From positions 7,380,001 through 7,440,000 of the forward strand of contig CM119372.1 in NCBI GenBank assembly GCA_051294905.1: a stretch of DNA of 60,000 nt. Direction: 5' to 3'. The position numbers and the translations under genes are program-made. Shown in pieces: positions 1-11,672 of the stretch. Source of the DNA: Botryllus schlosseri. Lineage: Eukaryota. Every line of letters begins with the position of its first letter. Within the stretch, counting starts at the first letter, position 1. A model generated the notes under the pieces. The model was not told where the DNA came from, did not search any database, and was given only the letters and a program-made list of their open reading frames with translations.

Positions 1-1287
1 GAAAACTATTGTTCACATGCGTACGTGCTACCAAAAGTCGATGCCATTTCTTTTGCATTGTTGTTGAAGCTGGGATGAAGACCCATTTCAAGAACGTACT
101 CTTTGTCAAAGTCATTCGGCGATATGCTCTTTGTATGAAATTTGGCATTCAATTCAACTGCATCGCATTTCAAATGGGCCCATTTGAAATTTTGTGACAA
201 TGGTATTGGCGTCCACATTAAACGGAGTAGGCCTACTGAGTAGTCAGAATTTATTTTTTACAGAACGAATGTCGGAAAAGCGGGTGGAAATTCAGTAATT
301 AAATTTCGTATATCACAGTTACAAATGTTTAGTGCTGGTACTAGGTTTAAGCCTATACTCTCCTCCAGTATAGGAAAGTGAGCATATAATTTTCTTTGTA
401 CTTTTGACTTTCCCGGAGTCACAGTTTTGTTTCGAATGCGTCTCAACATCTCATGTATTTAGTTGTTTCCCCCTGAAGTTGCAAATTCAATATGTTTTGA
501 TGTGATGTTAAATGTCCTACGAAAGCAAGATTAGATACCCATTTTCGATGACAAGATTATGAGTCGGCGATGTTTGTATTTTCAAGGGAATTTGCTATTT
601 AATTTCTCAGTTCATAGGCTACACTCGTGCAAGCATAGCTTCTCGACTTTAATGCGTGAACAAAGACATCACCATATTGATGCTCTGCTTCTAGTAATAT
701 CTGAGGTAGGCTAACTGTCGGTGATTCAGTTTGTGAGACAAAATCAGCTTTCACCATTGTGTCCAAAACACTATTCAGGTTTGTTGTCTTGGCGTAAAAT
801 GTCTTCTGGTGAATTAAACTACATATGACTAACATACGGAGGCTAGTTATCTATGATGAAACAGAGAAAGTTTGAGATTTTATCATTGCGTCTGTGCAGA
901 GGAACGGCACCTTTATTGTCGCACCCTATCTGAGTGGCAAACCCTAAAAAAGTATGGTATACCTTCGGTTGCGCGATACACCCGCTTGATAAGCACTGGT
1001 CTAGTCTACTCTACAGACATTCTCCATCTCCTACTTTTAGTACGAGATAGGCTACTAGTCGACCGCCTTCGCACCAGTTTTATGGCGTAACAATTGACTA
1101 CAACGACGTAGGATACTTTATATCGGAGCGATGCCGCATTCTTTCCAAGCAGTGCTGCACTGCAGATTGGAACTCATTACGAAACGGCGGGCCGTGTTCT
1201 TGTGATACCTAATTATTTCGTCGCGGGCCGGACGATTTCGCTTGGCGGGCCGGATCCGGCCCGCGGGCCGTAGGTTGCCGACCCTTG
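1..1287 (-). mobile_element. Decayed hAT (Charlie/Buster/SPIN, GTF2IRD2-like) transposon with transposase pseudogene (1-840) and one terminus
   Basis: Fragments CSLIHQ (CxxH motif), QYGDVF, YAHFP and ASTFGSTYACEQ* (hAT C-terminal FGSTYxCE motif) in broken frames; GGGCCG arrays and terminus gttgccgacccttg at 1274-1287. Confidence 0.85.
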
Positions 1288-2345
1288 ATCTATATATTTA
1301 AAACCTCACTGGTAATAATCCGACGACTATTGGTAAATGCTGCTATTCCACCTATTTTTAGAATGGGCTCGCGGGCTACTCATCTAGTCCTCGCGGGCTA
1401 CCTGGTGCCCGCGGGCACCGGGTTGGTGACCCCTGCTGTAGACGTAGTCAGCGAATGATGCTATTCAGCCAATCAATGAAATTGATATCATTGTCTGATG
1501 CAAAAAATCTAGCAGGCGTACGAACCCAACAGCGATTGCAGGAGAAACCCGTTTTACACTCTGCTCAATATCAACCTAGCAATACTCCGACGCCGAATAC
1601 ATTGCCCGGTCTGGCCTAGACCGTTAACGTGTAAGCTTATATTCCCTTAGAAGTCCTCGTCGAAATTGTTGGCAAAGCGACGGAAGATTTCGATTTAATG
1701 GGATTGTTATATCATTTGATTGCCCCAGTTGATACATTCGGCTACGTTCAAAACGTCAATATGTATTTTAGCATTATGGCATTATGTGGCCCGAGTCGTC
1801 GCTAGGTATCAATTCTACATTAATATAGGCTATCACTTCACTGAAATGTAGGGTTGGAATTAGCAATATGACGTCACGCGACGTCATGAGGTGCACGTTC
1901 GCGTTCACGCAGGACCTTTCAAGAAGGTTCGCGTTCACACGAACCTGAACCTTTCAGAGGTTCACACCATCCCTACTATTTAGCAGTAGAAATAATATGA
2001 ATAGCTATTTCACAACCCATAGGCTTATAATCGTACTATATAGAGTAGGCCTAAATCTGCATCTTCAACCCATACCTTATTCGATGTGGCCTATTTATCG
2101 CGTAACATAGGCTACACATCTGAAACGCCGACAACCGACCACAAATGGCTATAAAAGGGTGCGTCGCCTGGTTTAGGTAATTGTTAACTGTGTAGAATAG
2201 TGCAATTGCGGGACTAGGTGCCACATATTTTACCTTACGTCGACCACATCGTGCAAACCTCCGCCAGCAATAGGGTATCGCATCGCTTTCCTAGGATGAT
2301 GAATATGTGAGGCTATCAATACGATCTTACATTTTCTCTTCGCAG

Positions 2346-2707
2346 GATTTCGCCTAACTACTTTACCGAATGGAAACCGCGCTTTGAAAGTAATCGGAAA
2401 CACCAGCGACACAATTCACCGCTACGTCGTGGCTGACGGGCAAAATGAAGGGCTGCGCATTTGCGAAGCGGCGAGCGCTGGCGCCTGCGAAGAAATAGTG
2501 AACGGCAGAACTGTCAGAACGCCTGCCTTAAGATTTCATCATTTCACTCCCGGGCCAGGGGTACTTCTCCCGTACCAATGGGGACTAGCGTTTCAATTTG
2601 GAGGCACCGAAAAATTCTTGAAAGTCATGGACGCGACCGGACAAACTACGTTCAGTAACACCGAAAACGAGAGCACCAAGTTCAATATATTCTTCAACGG
2701 GGAATAG
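2346..2707 (+). CDS. Probable terminal coding exon (about 120 aa) of an unidentified gene
   Basis: Strong acceptor ttttctcttcgcag at 2345; open frame to TAG at 2705-2707; protein-like composition. Confidence 0.6.
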
Positions 2708-3260
2708 AAACTTTGAGAAATCCGGCGTGACGGAGATACAGATATTTCGGTTTCGCGCGCTAAGCGTGCGCATTTCGCTGTGGGTCATATAGACGTAAAA
2801 TATTGAATTTCCACCGTGTGTCTGACGGTGCATTCCGTTGTTAAATAATTTGTGATACTGCTAGGGTTGCGTCAAAAACAAAATCTATTTAAGCATACTT
2901 TAAAAAGGTTTTAAATAATGGTAATTAAAAAATTATTTCATTTGAAATACCATGTAGCATGATCGTGATCTCTACTTGGTATGGTATGCGATATGAAACC
3001 CCGTCTCAGACGGTATATCAGCGGTACCATCGCCCATGTTCTATCAGTAAACAGCGAATTTCCGTGAACAGTAAGCCTATTTCACGCGCTGGAAACAATA
3101 CCGAGATCTGTAGATAGTAGCAAAATATTTGGTGTCTCGGCCAAAACCGCTAGTCATGGTTACTGTTTCGGGAAAAGACTATAATTTGTTTACAATTAAT
3201 AATGAGTTTCAGCTACCACATTCGATTATGCTTTGGATGTCGTACGTACTGATTTATCTA

Positions 3261-3565
3261 CTAATTATTGGGAATTGAACAATGAATAATGATTGCGGTA
3301 TTGTGCAGCAATGATTCATTGGCATTTGACCATTTGGAAATGTAAGCCGAAACAACAACGTATCCAGATCCAGTCGTATCACGTCTGGGGGGTAATTGGG
3401 GAAATGCAAGCTTGGATTCAATAAATTCGCATACCCCATTGCGGCATTGCCTCTTTGTCCAAACCTCCTACTTACGCGAAGTAACGTTTCAATCTGGCGT
3501 TGGGTATTTTTGAGTCGGCTTCGAACGTTTGTGGGGGACAGATTGTACTCCACAAGAGGTTATCA
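3261..3565 (-). CDS. Probable last two exons (3476-3565, 3261-3384) of an unidentified gene
   Basis: GC|gtaagt donor, 91-nt intron, ccccccag acceptor; joined frame DNLLWSTICPPQ..GYVVVSAYISKWSNANE..IIIHCSIPNN*. Confidence 0.45.
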
Positions 3566-3768
3566 CTAGATTGATTAATAAGGACTAATTATTATTTTTA
3601 CTCGATGCTTTTTTGTGCTGCACCATGTCACTACGAATCACTATGAACCGAAGTTTCAACCTGATATCGACATGCGTAAAACATATATATTGGGACACTG
3701 TATTTGTACATGACAGGCAGGTGATTTCATCATGATATTCAATACATTGAACCGCTATTTATCTAGAC

Positions 3769-4959
3769 CAGAGGTCTCAAACACGCGGCCCGCCAGAACA
3801 TTTTGTGCGGCCCGCGACGATATTTTAGATTTTTAATAATTTGACAATATATGAGTGTCTCATATATCTTTTCGGGTTATAAAATGAAAATTCCCTCTTA
3901 AATTGCTCCGAAAGCCTGACACTATTCATCAAACTTCACAATCGCAACAATTGCAAACGCGACCATGCAGTGGAAGATTCACTTATTTCGCCACATTTCC
4001 AATTCATGATGACATAACCCGACCCTTAGACGATTCGGGACTGAAATTTGTGAGTAGGACTTCGACGCGACCTTTCTTAGAATTACTCAGACTCGGGCTA
4101 ACTCGATGGCAAAATGAAAATGACTCGAGTGGACTCGGAGTGACTCGGAATGCCGTGAATTTGTTAGAAGCATGGACGCAACAAACTAATCGTGTATCAG
4201 GGGAATTGTAATAGATCAGAACGTCGCAGCTTGATATTTCGTTAACTAAGCAAGTAATTATGGCAACCATTGGTAATCTGTCAGTTACATCTTTTGTCGC
4301 TAAACCATGTTATTAGGGCCACTTAAAGTTGCCGAGTACCGTAGTGGTACGCTTCAACGATGTAACAACAATGGGCCGTTCGGCGTTACGACATTTCAAT
4401 CACTAGGACACATTCATTAATATATTTATATTATATTTATATTTTTTCTGCTCCTATATTTGAAGATATTTGGCCACAAGATTAATAGCCTACTTATCAG
4501 AAGTATACCCGAATCCTGGATTGGAATTACAATGCTCAACCTAAAGATGTTTTGATATCAGATCAGTGTCTATTATCATTCTGTTAAATTCAACGTATTC
4601 CTAGTAGCTGCAAAATTATAACCCGATAGCTTTCATGATGGCACCATGAATTTGTCCGCCCATATGGCGTATATATCTTAAAATTATTATATATCAAGTA
4701 CGACAACAATTCTATTCAAATAGCTATAAATTGATGACTCTTTTTGTGCCAGGCCTAAATTGATACAAGAGTAAATCACAGTTTGACGACGTGTGTTTAT
4801 TGTCGGTCTGCTGGATCGGCTCACTTTCAGTAGGACGATTCATTCCCGCCAAATAAGGCCTACTTGGATATACATAGAATACCCCTATAATGCTGCGGCC
4901 CGCGGCGTCGTCAAAACTGGAAAACTGGCCCGCGAGCACATTTGAGTTTGAGACCTCTG
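3769..4959. mobile_element. Non-autonomous hAT (Charlie-type) element
   Basis: TIR cagaggtctcaaac / gtttgagacctctg; perfect TSD ATCTAGAC (3761-3768, 4960-4967). Confidence 0.93.
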
Positions 4960-5270
4960 ATCTAGACGCATTATTACGTACAAATAAAGTTCACGGTTTT
5001 CACTTCAGAACTTGTTTGACATTAAATTACCAGGCCGTGTTTGCCACCATCGGAACATGCTTGGGCTACACACATACTATCACATATGTACTGTTTAATA
5101 GGCAGGCATGTGGTCATCGTTGCTTCATGATATATTGAGCCTAACAATGAACTGCTATGTTGTTTGGGGCATTCATCTAAAGCTGGGAAGGCCGGGCAAC
5201 ATACGGCCCGTGAATAAGCACACACATTCCGGTTTTATATCATAATGTGGCCCACGGCCACAGTCTACAG

Positions 5271-5878
5271 TAGGGTTGTTCAAAAAAAACTTTTTTTTCC
5301 AAATCTCACTCGCCTACTGACTAAATCGTCAGGTTGTCCAAGAAAACGATGCACACCAAATTTGACTCAATTCCAACCAGTCAAGGCCGTGCAATCTTGA
5401 ATTGAAATTTTTAATTTATTAAAAAAAATTAAAAAAAAAATTTCTCTACTTTTTCTGTCAACCCCATGAAATTGTTGAGCTGTCTTCAAAGACGATGCAA
5501 AACAAATTTGAGTCAATTCCGACTTGTAGAAGCGGAGTTATTCGCGTTTTTCGTTGATATTTGACGGATTATCCTTGATCCGGGGATTATCAACGAAAAA
5601 CTCAAATAGCTCCGCTTCTATAGTAGTCGGAATTGACTCAAATTTGTTTTGCATCGTCTTTGAAGACAGCTCAACAATTTCATGGGGTTGACAAAAAAAT
5701 TTGAGAATTTTTTTTTTTAATAATTTTTAATAATTCAAAAATTTCAATTCAAGATTGCACGGCCTTGACTGGTTGGAATTGAGTCAAATTTGGTGTGCAT
5801 CGTTTTCTTGGACAACCTGACGATTTAGTCAGTAGGCGAGTGAGATTTGGAAAAAAAAGTTTTTTTTGAACAACCCTA
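5271..5878. mobile_element. Palindromic (fold-back) hAT MITE with TAGGG termini
   Basis: Whole element is a near-perfect inverted repeat with ~300-bp arms; TSD GTCTACAG (5263-5270, 5879-5886). Confidence 0.95.
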
Positions 5879-7674
5879 GTCTACAGCAGATCTGGGCAAA
5901 GTGCGACCACGGACGCAACAAACTATCAAACTGTCATGAGGAATAGTAATATATCAAAAGGTCGTAGCATCCGTTGCTTAGCGTATAAAGTTATCTAATC
6001 AGGTCGGTATGGAAACCACTGGCATTCTGTTGCCCCCATGATGTATAGTTAGTTACGTCCTAATGTTTGGTTTCTTAATCCATGTTATTATCGCCGGTGA
6101 CGAGTAAGGTAATGGTGCGCTCCACAGCTGTACCACCAATGGATTCTTCGGCAATTGGACATTTCTATTCCAGGGGTTCTTAACCTTGTATTCGTGGTAC
6201 GAAGCATCAGGGGGTACGAGATGAATTATGAAATTAGACCTATCTGCTTTGGAATATTTTCTGGGCCAATTTATTCAACTGAAAACTAGTTTTCGCCATG
6301 CGCGCGATTTTAGGTGAATATGCTTTTTGAGTTTAACATTGGTATTATCAGAAATTGTGTTGAAAATAGACAGGGGGTACGAGAAATATTATTGAAAGCA
6401 CAAGGGCTACGATCGCTAAGAAGGTCAAGATACAATGCTATTACTATGGCCCAATAATGATTATATTTAAGTTGTTTTTGATCTGTTCCAAATCGAAGGC
6501 AAATATAACGCTGATTTAATTTGACTTTGGCAATGACATGAACAATTGCCTACTTATCAGGGCTGTATCAGAAACCCGGATTAGGCTACACTACTCAAAT
6601 GCTCTGATATCAGATCAATATTTAGTAAATTCTAAAATATTCTACGTATAACCGTGGCACGTCAAATGTAGTACGCTAGCTGCGTATTATACCGCGACAG
6701 CTTTTGCGGTGTCATGATGCATTTGTCCCCATGAATTGCGTCTAGCACTCATTATTTTAGCAAATTATGCCAAGCACAAAAACAATTTTATTCAAATATT
6801 TTAAAATGTGATTTTGTTCGTGCCATGCGTGAATAGTACAAGAGAGAATTATATTTCACGATGTTTGTGGAATGCCTGCGTGCAAGATCGCGTCAAATAA
6901 GGCCTCCTTGGAGATGATACATTAAATACCCCTATTATTGATGCTGCGGCCCGCGGCGTCATCAATAACTAGGAAATTGGCCCACGAGCACATTAGAGTT
7001 TGAGACCCCTGCATTAAACGAAGAACAGGCGGGCTTGTCAGAAAAAAAGTGAGGCGGTAAGATTCGGAGCAGGAGTCAGTGGTGAACCCGTCTTTTTAGT
7101 TTGTGGCCAGCAGGTCGCCGTGGAGTGTAATTGAGGTTGGTATTATGACAAAAACACAAAAACAGACACTCGGACAAGGGCGAGGTTAGCACTGCTAGTT
7201 TCCATCATCAACAAGGCTATTTCACCAAGCAGCGACCAATACAAGCTTTGTAGTATCCTAAATACATTCTAATATATTAATAGAAAAACGTGTCTGTGGG
7301 TTAAAAAGAGTTTATTTACCATTCTTCTGAACCAGGGGCGGGCAACATACGGCCCGCGGGCCGGATGCGGCCCGCTACGGGATTTTTTCCGGCCCGCGGA
7401 CAGTTTCCCGTCATACATGATAATGTGACCCGCGGCCCCAGTCTGCCGAGATTCCAAACTTCTTGCTTAAACGTCAAATTTTAGTGACTGTATGCAAAAC
7501 CGTAACTTCCGCACCCCAAACCCCCGAATTGGAGGGAGCCGAGCTCGAAGGGGGCAAAAATTATTTCGCGAATGTAAATGAATCATGAAGTATTTCTTTA
7601 TAAATTTATGCAATTTTTTCAAAAAAATTTTGCGCTGGGCGCGATTTAATGTTGATAATTAACTTCATTATCGG

Positions 7675-9606
7675 CAACGTTCCCTCTAAGCTGCGCACGT
7701 GCGCAAATGCGCAGTGCTGAAACGGTCTCTGCGCACAAAAAATCCAAATTGATGACTATTTTTTATTCGTTTCGCACTGTTGTCCAAAGGACCGCGCAGG
7801 CGCGCAGACTTGTGAAAATTAGAGGGAACATTGCCAGGAGCAAATACTGCTATCGCTGAAGTCTGAAACCGAGGTACAAGTGCTGCCTGCAAAGGTAGAT
7901 ATTGCGCTCCGTGAGAATTTGCAATCACGTGCGCCTCACGAAAGAGATTTTTCTTTTAGCATGGTCCCGTGCGCGTGAGCGATACTGATATCATTTCAAT
8001 AGCGCAATCTTTTCTGGGAATGGCGAAATAACATGGTTTGACAAAGTTATAAATAACAATGGGCTAGCTCGAAGTTAATCTGCGAGAAACTAACGAATAG
8101 TCTTTTCCGCGTGGCGTGAGCATTGCTTAAGATTTACTGTGCAATTACATGCCGTGAATTTTCGAAGTCATCACTTCCAATCAGGCGAATTTGATCACGT
8201 ACGGTGAGATATGATAATATGCAGAATATGCAAGTACAAGCACCAATATTATTTAAAAATCTATCTCTTTGCAAACGTTTATCGGGAAATGCTACAACTG
8301 TGTGCTGAAGGGCGTTGAATTACATCAGCTTCTCAGCAGCACAAATTTTGGTTTATTCGATTCGTTTGAACGGGAATCTTCCGTTGATAAGGCCATACGC
8401 TTATATTGTTCTTGCTTCAGTCAGACTTGAATATACGTATCATTATATCTGACTCTATGTCTTGATAGTAATGACCGCATATTGCCGGTATTAAGACGTC
8501 ACATCAGTGTTAACGCGGTAGGCCTACATAGATCGCGTTATTGATTTGAAGTGCGTACTCGTGCGTGTATGTCTACTAGTAATCTATAGTAGCCTATAGG
8601 TCACCATTTACACGGTTTTATTGTTACGTCGTAGATTATCGCACAAAATTCCGATTCGCTGTCTATAGTACTTGCGGTTACAGGCGTCCATTCGTGTCGC
8701 TACTAGTATTTTGGCTATAGCTGCTTGCCTGTCTGGCCAACGTTGAGTGAATATTCGCTAATTCTACACTGTTTATACTGACCGCTTTTGATAATGGCAT
8801 AACGAATGGGTAATTTCTCATCTACTCACCAAGCCAAATTAGCAAAAAAGTGCGATTCGTTTAACATGGCTGTTGTCGGGGCATGTGAAAACGGAAGAAA
8901 AAACTGTAAAATTAGGTGAGAGTTTTTCTTTTTCAAGCGATAAAGGTGTGCTTTGCAAAATATGAAGAGGAGCGAAATATGGAAAAGAATAGCGGCCCGA
9001 GCTCGAAGGGGAACCAAAATTATTTCGTGTATAAACATAAATCATGGAGTAATTCTTTGGAAATTTATGCAACTTTTTCAAATAAAAAATAACAATTTGA
9101 AATCGTATACGTCTTAGTTTAGTACGTTTGGGCGATTTCAATATCTTTTGACACGGCAGATAGGAGGACACGAAACAGCATCATGTACCGAAGTCATTAC
9201 TAACGGGTACGTCCGAAGATATATGATTATTATTTAGGGGTCCTACCATTTCCAGCACACCTTACTTGATCAGCTCTACCGGTAAATCTGGTTACGTGAG
9301 CAGAGAGAGGATAAAAATTGTTAGCAATATATATGCAATTCCCGATCACATTGACCGATTCAATCATGAATTATATAATGTTTTCGCGCTTGGCGCATCC
9401 AGGCTATACACCCACTAAACGGACACCCAATACAGATGATAAGTAGTGTCAAAAAACGTAAGGCTCGAGGGGGGTCTGGGGGGCGAAGCACCCCAGAAAT
9501 TAGGCTTATCACCATGTGGGGGGCCTGGTTGCGCACTGTTGTCTATGGGCCTGCGCAGTGAGTTGGCGTGTTTGCGCAGACTCATCAAAAATTAGAGGTA
9601 ACATTG
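7675..9606. mobile_element. hAT element nested in 7333-11063
   Basis: Ends caacgttccctctaa / ttagaggtaacattg; TSD ATTATCGG (7667-7674, 9607-9614); an extra internal right end near 7833. Confidence 0.82.
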
Positions 9607-9846
9607 ATTATCGGGTACCCTTGCCCCAACAAAAATACGCATGATTTATAGAAATGGACACTTCGGCATCGGCCATTACCGTGCCCCGACGCACCAAGAC
9701 ATCTGAAGTTATAGGCCATGATGTAACATGCGAATCCGAGAAATGTGCCAGAAAGATCAGCAGCGAGAAAACCTTGACAGAAACCTCGATGTATATATAT
9801 ATACATTATACAATTACAATTAAATAGTATATTCATATTGAAATGA

Positions 9847-9880
9847 ACCCGAATATTTTCGGCTGACACTCGTCAGGGGT
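9847..9880 (-). ncRNA. Minimal type I hammerhead ribozyme motif (inverted copy)
   Basis: Exact reverse complement of 10027-10060. Confidence 0.8.
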
Positions 9881-10026
9881 AATCGTCAGCAACTAGTAGA
9901 GAATTGGAAAGAACATTGTATATCAACAATCGTATCACAAAATATGACGTCACCAGCAGTCATATTTTGTGATACGATTGTTGATATACAATGTTCTTTC
10001 CAATTCTCTACTAGTTGCTGACGATT

Positions 10027-10060
10027 ACCCCTGACGAGTGTCAGCCGAAAATATTCGGGT
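10027..10060 (+). ncRNA. Minimal type I hammerhead ribozyme motif
   Basis: ACCC-CUGACGA-G(UGUCAGC)C-GAAA-AUAU-UC-GGGU: stem I ACCC/GGGU, intact core, palindromic stem III loop; predicted cut after C10056. Confidence 0.8.
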
Positions 10061-11088
10061 TCATTTCAATATGAATATACTATTTAATTGTATATTGAAG
10101 TTCTGTACCTCCAAGAAGCTCTTCAATTATACAATTATATCTACATGTTTAAATGTCCATTGGCGCCTAAATGGCTGGCGCCGAATGTTCCTGTCCTGGC
10201 GCTCTGAACCTCACAAGACAAATGCCATACGGCAGGGAAAAATTATTAGCTAGTAAAGAAATATCAATTTCAAATCGTTTGCGTCATTTAGTTTTGTAAG
10301 TTTGGGAGATTTCAAGCAGATAGGAGGCCAAGAAATAACATCATGTAACGAAGTCATTATACCAACGGGTCCGCCCGAAGATGTTTAATTATTATTTAGG
10401 GGCCCTACATTTTTCAAGACACCTCACCAAGCTCTATTACCGGTAAATATGATTACGTGAACAGAGAGAGGATAAAAAATGATAGCAATATATATGCAAT
10501 CCCCGATCATATTGACCGATTCAATCATGAATTACAGAAATTTGTGCGCACTTCGCTTATTTAGCGTTTAGGGGGCCAATATCAACATTTTTGGGGAAGG
10601 GCTGACGTAGTGCTGTTACGTTCCTGACTGTATGTTATTATATACGTGTGTTCGCAGCATACGAGAGTGGAGCTTACGCGTAAGTTCGTCGAAGCGAGAA
10701 GTCTTGCATTATCGGCATTTGCGCTGTACTCAACCCTAATGAATTGATATCTTGGTAACTTTGGAATTGGAATACCGGGCTTATCGAACGCCTTGAAATC
10801 TTAATCAAGGATTGTATCGTGTGTTAATTGATCCGAGAGAAGCATACATGGAGGCGCCTGCTGACAATGCTGTTCTCAAATCTCATCTTCGTCATTATCG
10901 GCGAGAAATGGCTTTGAAATGACATTGCTGTCGCTTAAATACATTCATTAAATACGACTTATTCCTTGTATATGTGGATAATGTATCGATTCAGCAATCC
11001 GGCCCACCAAGTACCTAATTTTCCTATATCCGGCCCGTCGACTGGAGAAGTTGCCCACCCCTGTTCTGAACTATGACGACGAAAAAAT

Positions 11089-11672
11089 CAGGGTTGTAAC
11101 CAAGTCACAAGGCTCCGAGTCACAAGTCAATCTCACTTTTAGATTTTTGACTCGAGTCAAGTCGAGTCATTTTCAATTCCCACCGGGTCAAGTCCGAGTC
11201 CAAGTCAGCGAACAGAGGATCGAGTCCGAGTCATGGTATTATGACCCGAGTCCGAGTCCAAGTCATTGTTTTGACTGCTCAGTTTCCAGTTAAAGTCTTC
11301 CTAAACCCACTTTTTTAACTCTGTTTGGTTATATTGAATGATTCGCATTTATAATATATCAATTTTCCTCACTTTTAGCAGTTTCTGGTCGCATTTTCAA
11401 GCACCAGTACCAACAAACGAAATCCCAATAGTGTGTTGGCTTCGAAATTACAATGAAATGTCGGTCTTGGCCGTCTGAATCTGGAGTCAATGACTTGCTT
11501 CGAGTCATGCGCAATGACTCGAGTACAAGTCGAGTCAATACACAGATTGACTCGAGTCGAGTCGAGTCATTTCCGTATTTTGAGAAAATGACTCGAGTCG
11601 AGTCGAGTCATCCGAAAATCGTGACTCGAGTCTGACTCGAGTCGAGTCATGACTCGAGTCATTACAACCCTG
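11089..11672. mobile_element. hAT MITE with GACTC/GAGTC subterminal arrays
   Basis: TIR cagggttgtaa / ttacaaccctg; TSD GAAAAAAT. Confidence 0.92.

Larger units (their letters stand above)
9817..10125 (+). mobile_element. Penelope-like element pseudo-LTR insertion (inverted copy, direct copy, 3' tail)
   Basis: 134-bp perfect inverted arms 9815-9948 / 9959-10092; ~33-nt unpaired tail; 12-bp direct repeat ATTATACAATTA (9805-9816, 10126-10137); a hammerhead motif in each arm. Confidence 0.75.
7333..11063. mobile_element. 3.7-kb composite non-autonomous hAT element
   Basis: Ends caggggcgggcaac / gttgcccacccctg; perfect TSD TTCTGAAC (7325-7332, 11064-11071). Confidence 0.88.

Noticed and set aside
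9585..10253. Two ORFs both starting MSAENIRVHFNMNILFNC
   Set aside because: Artefact of the inverted repeat, not a gene duplication.
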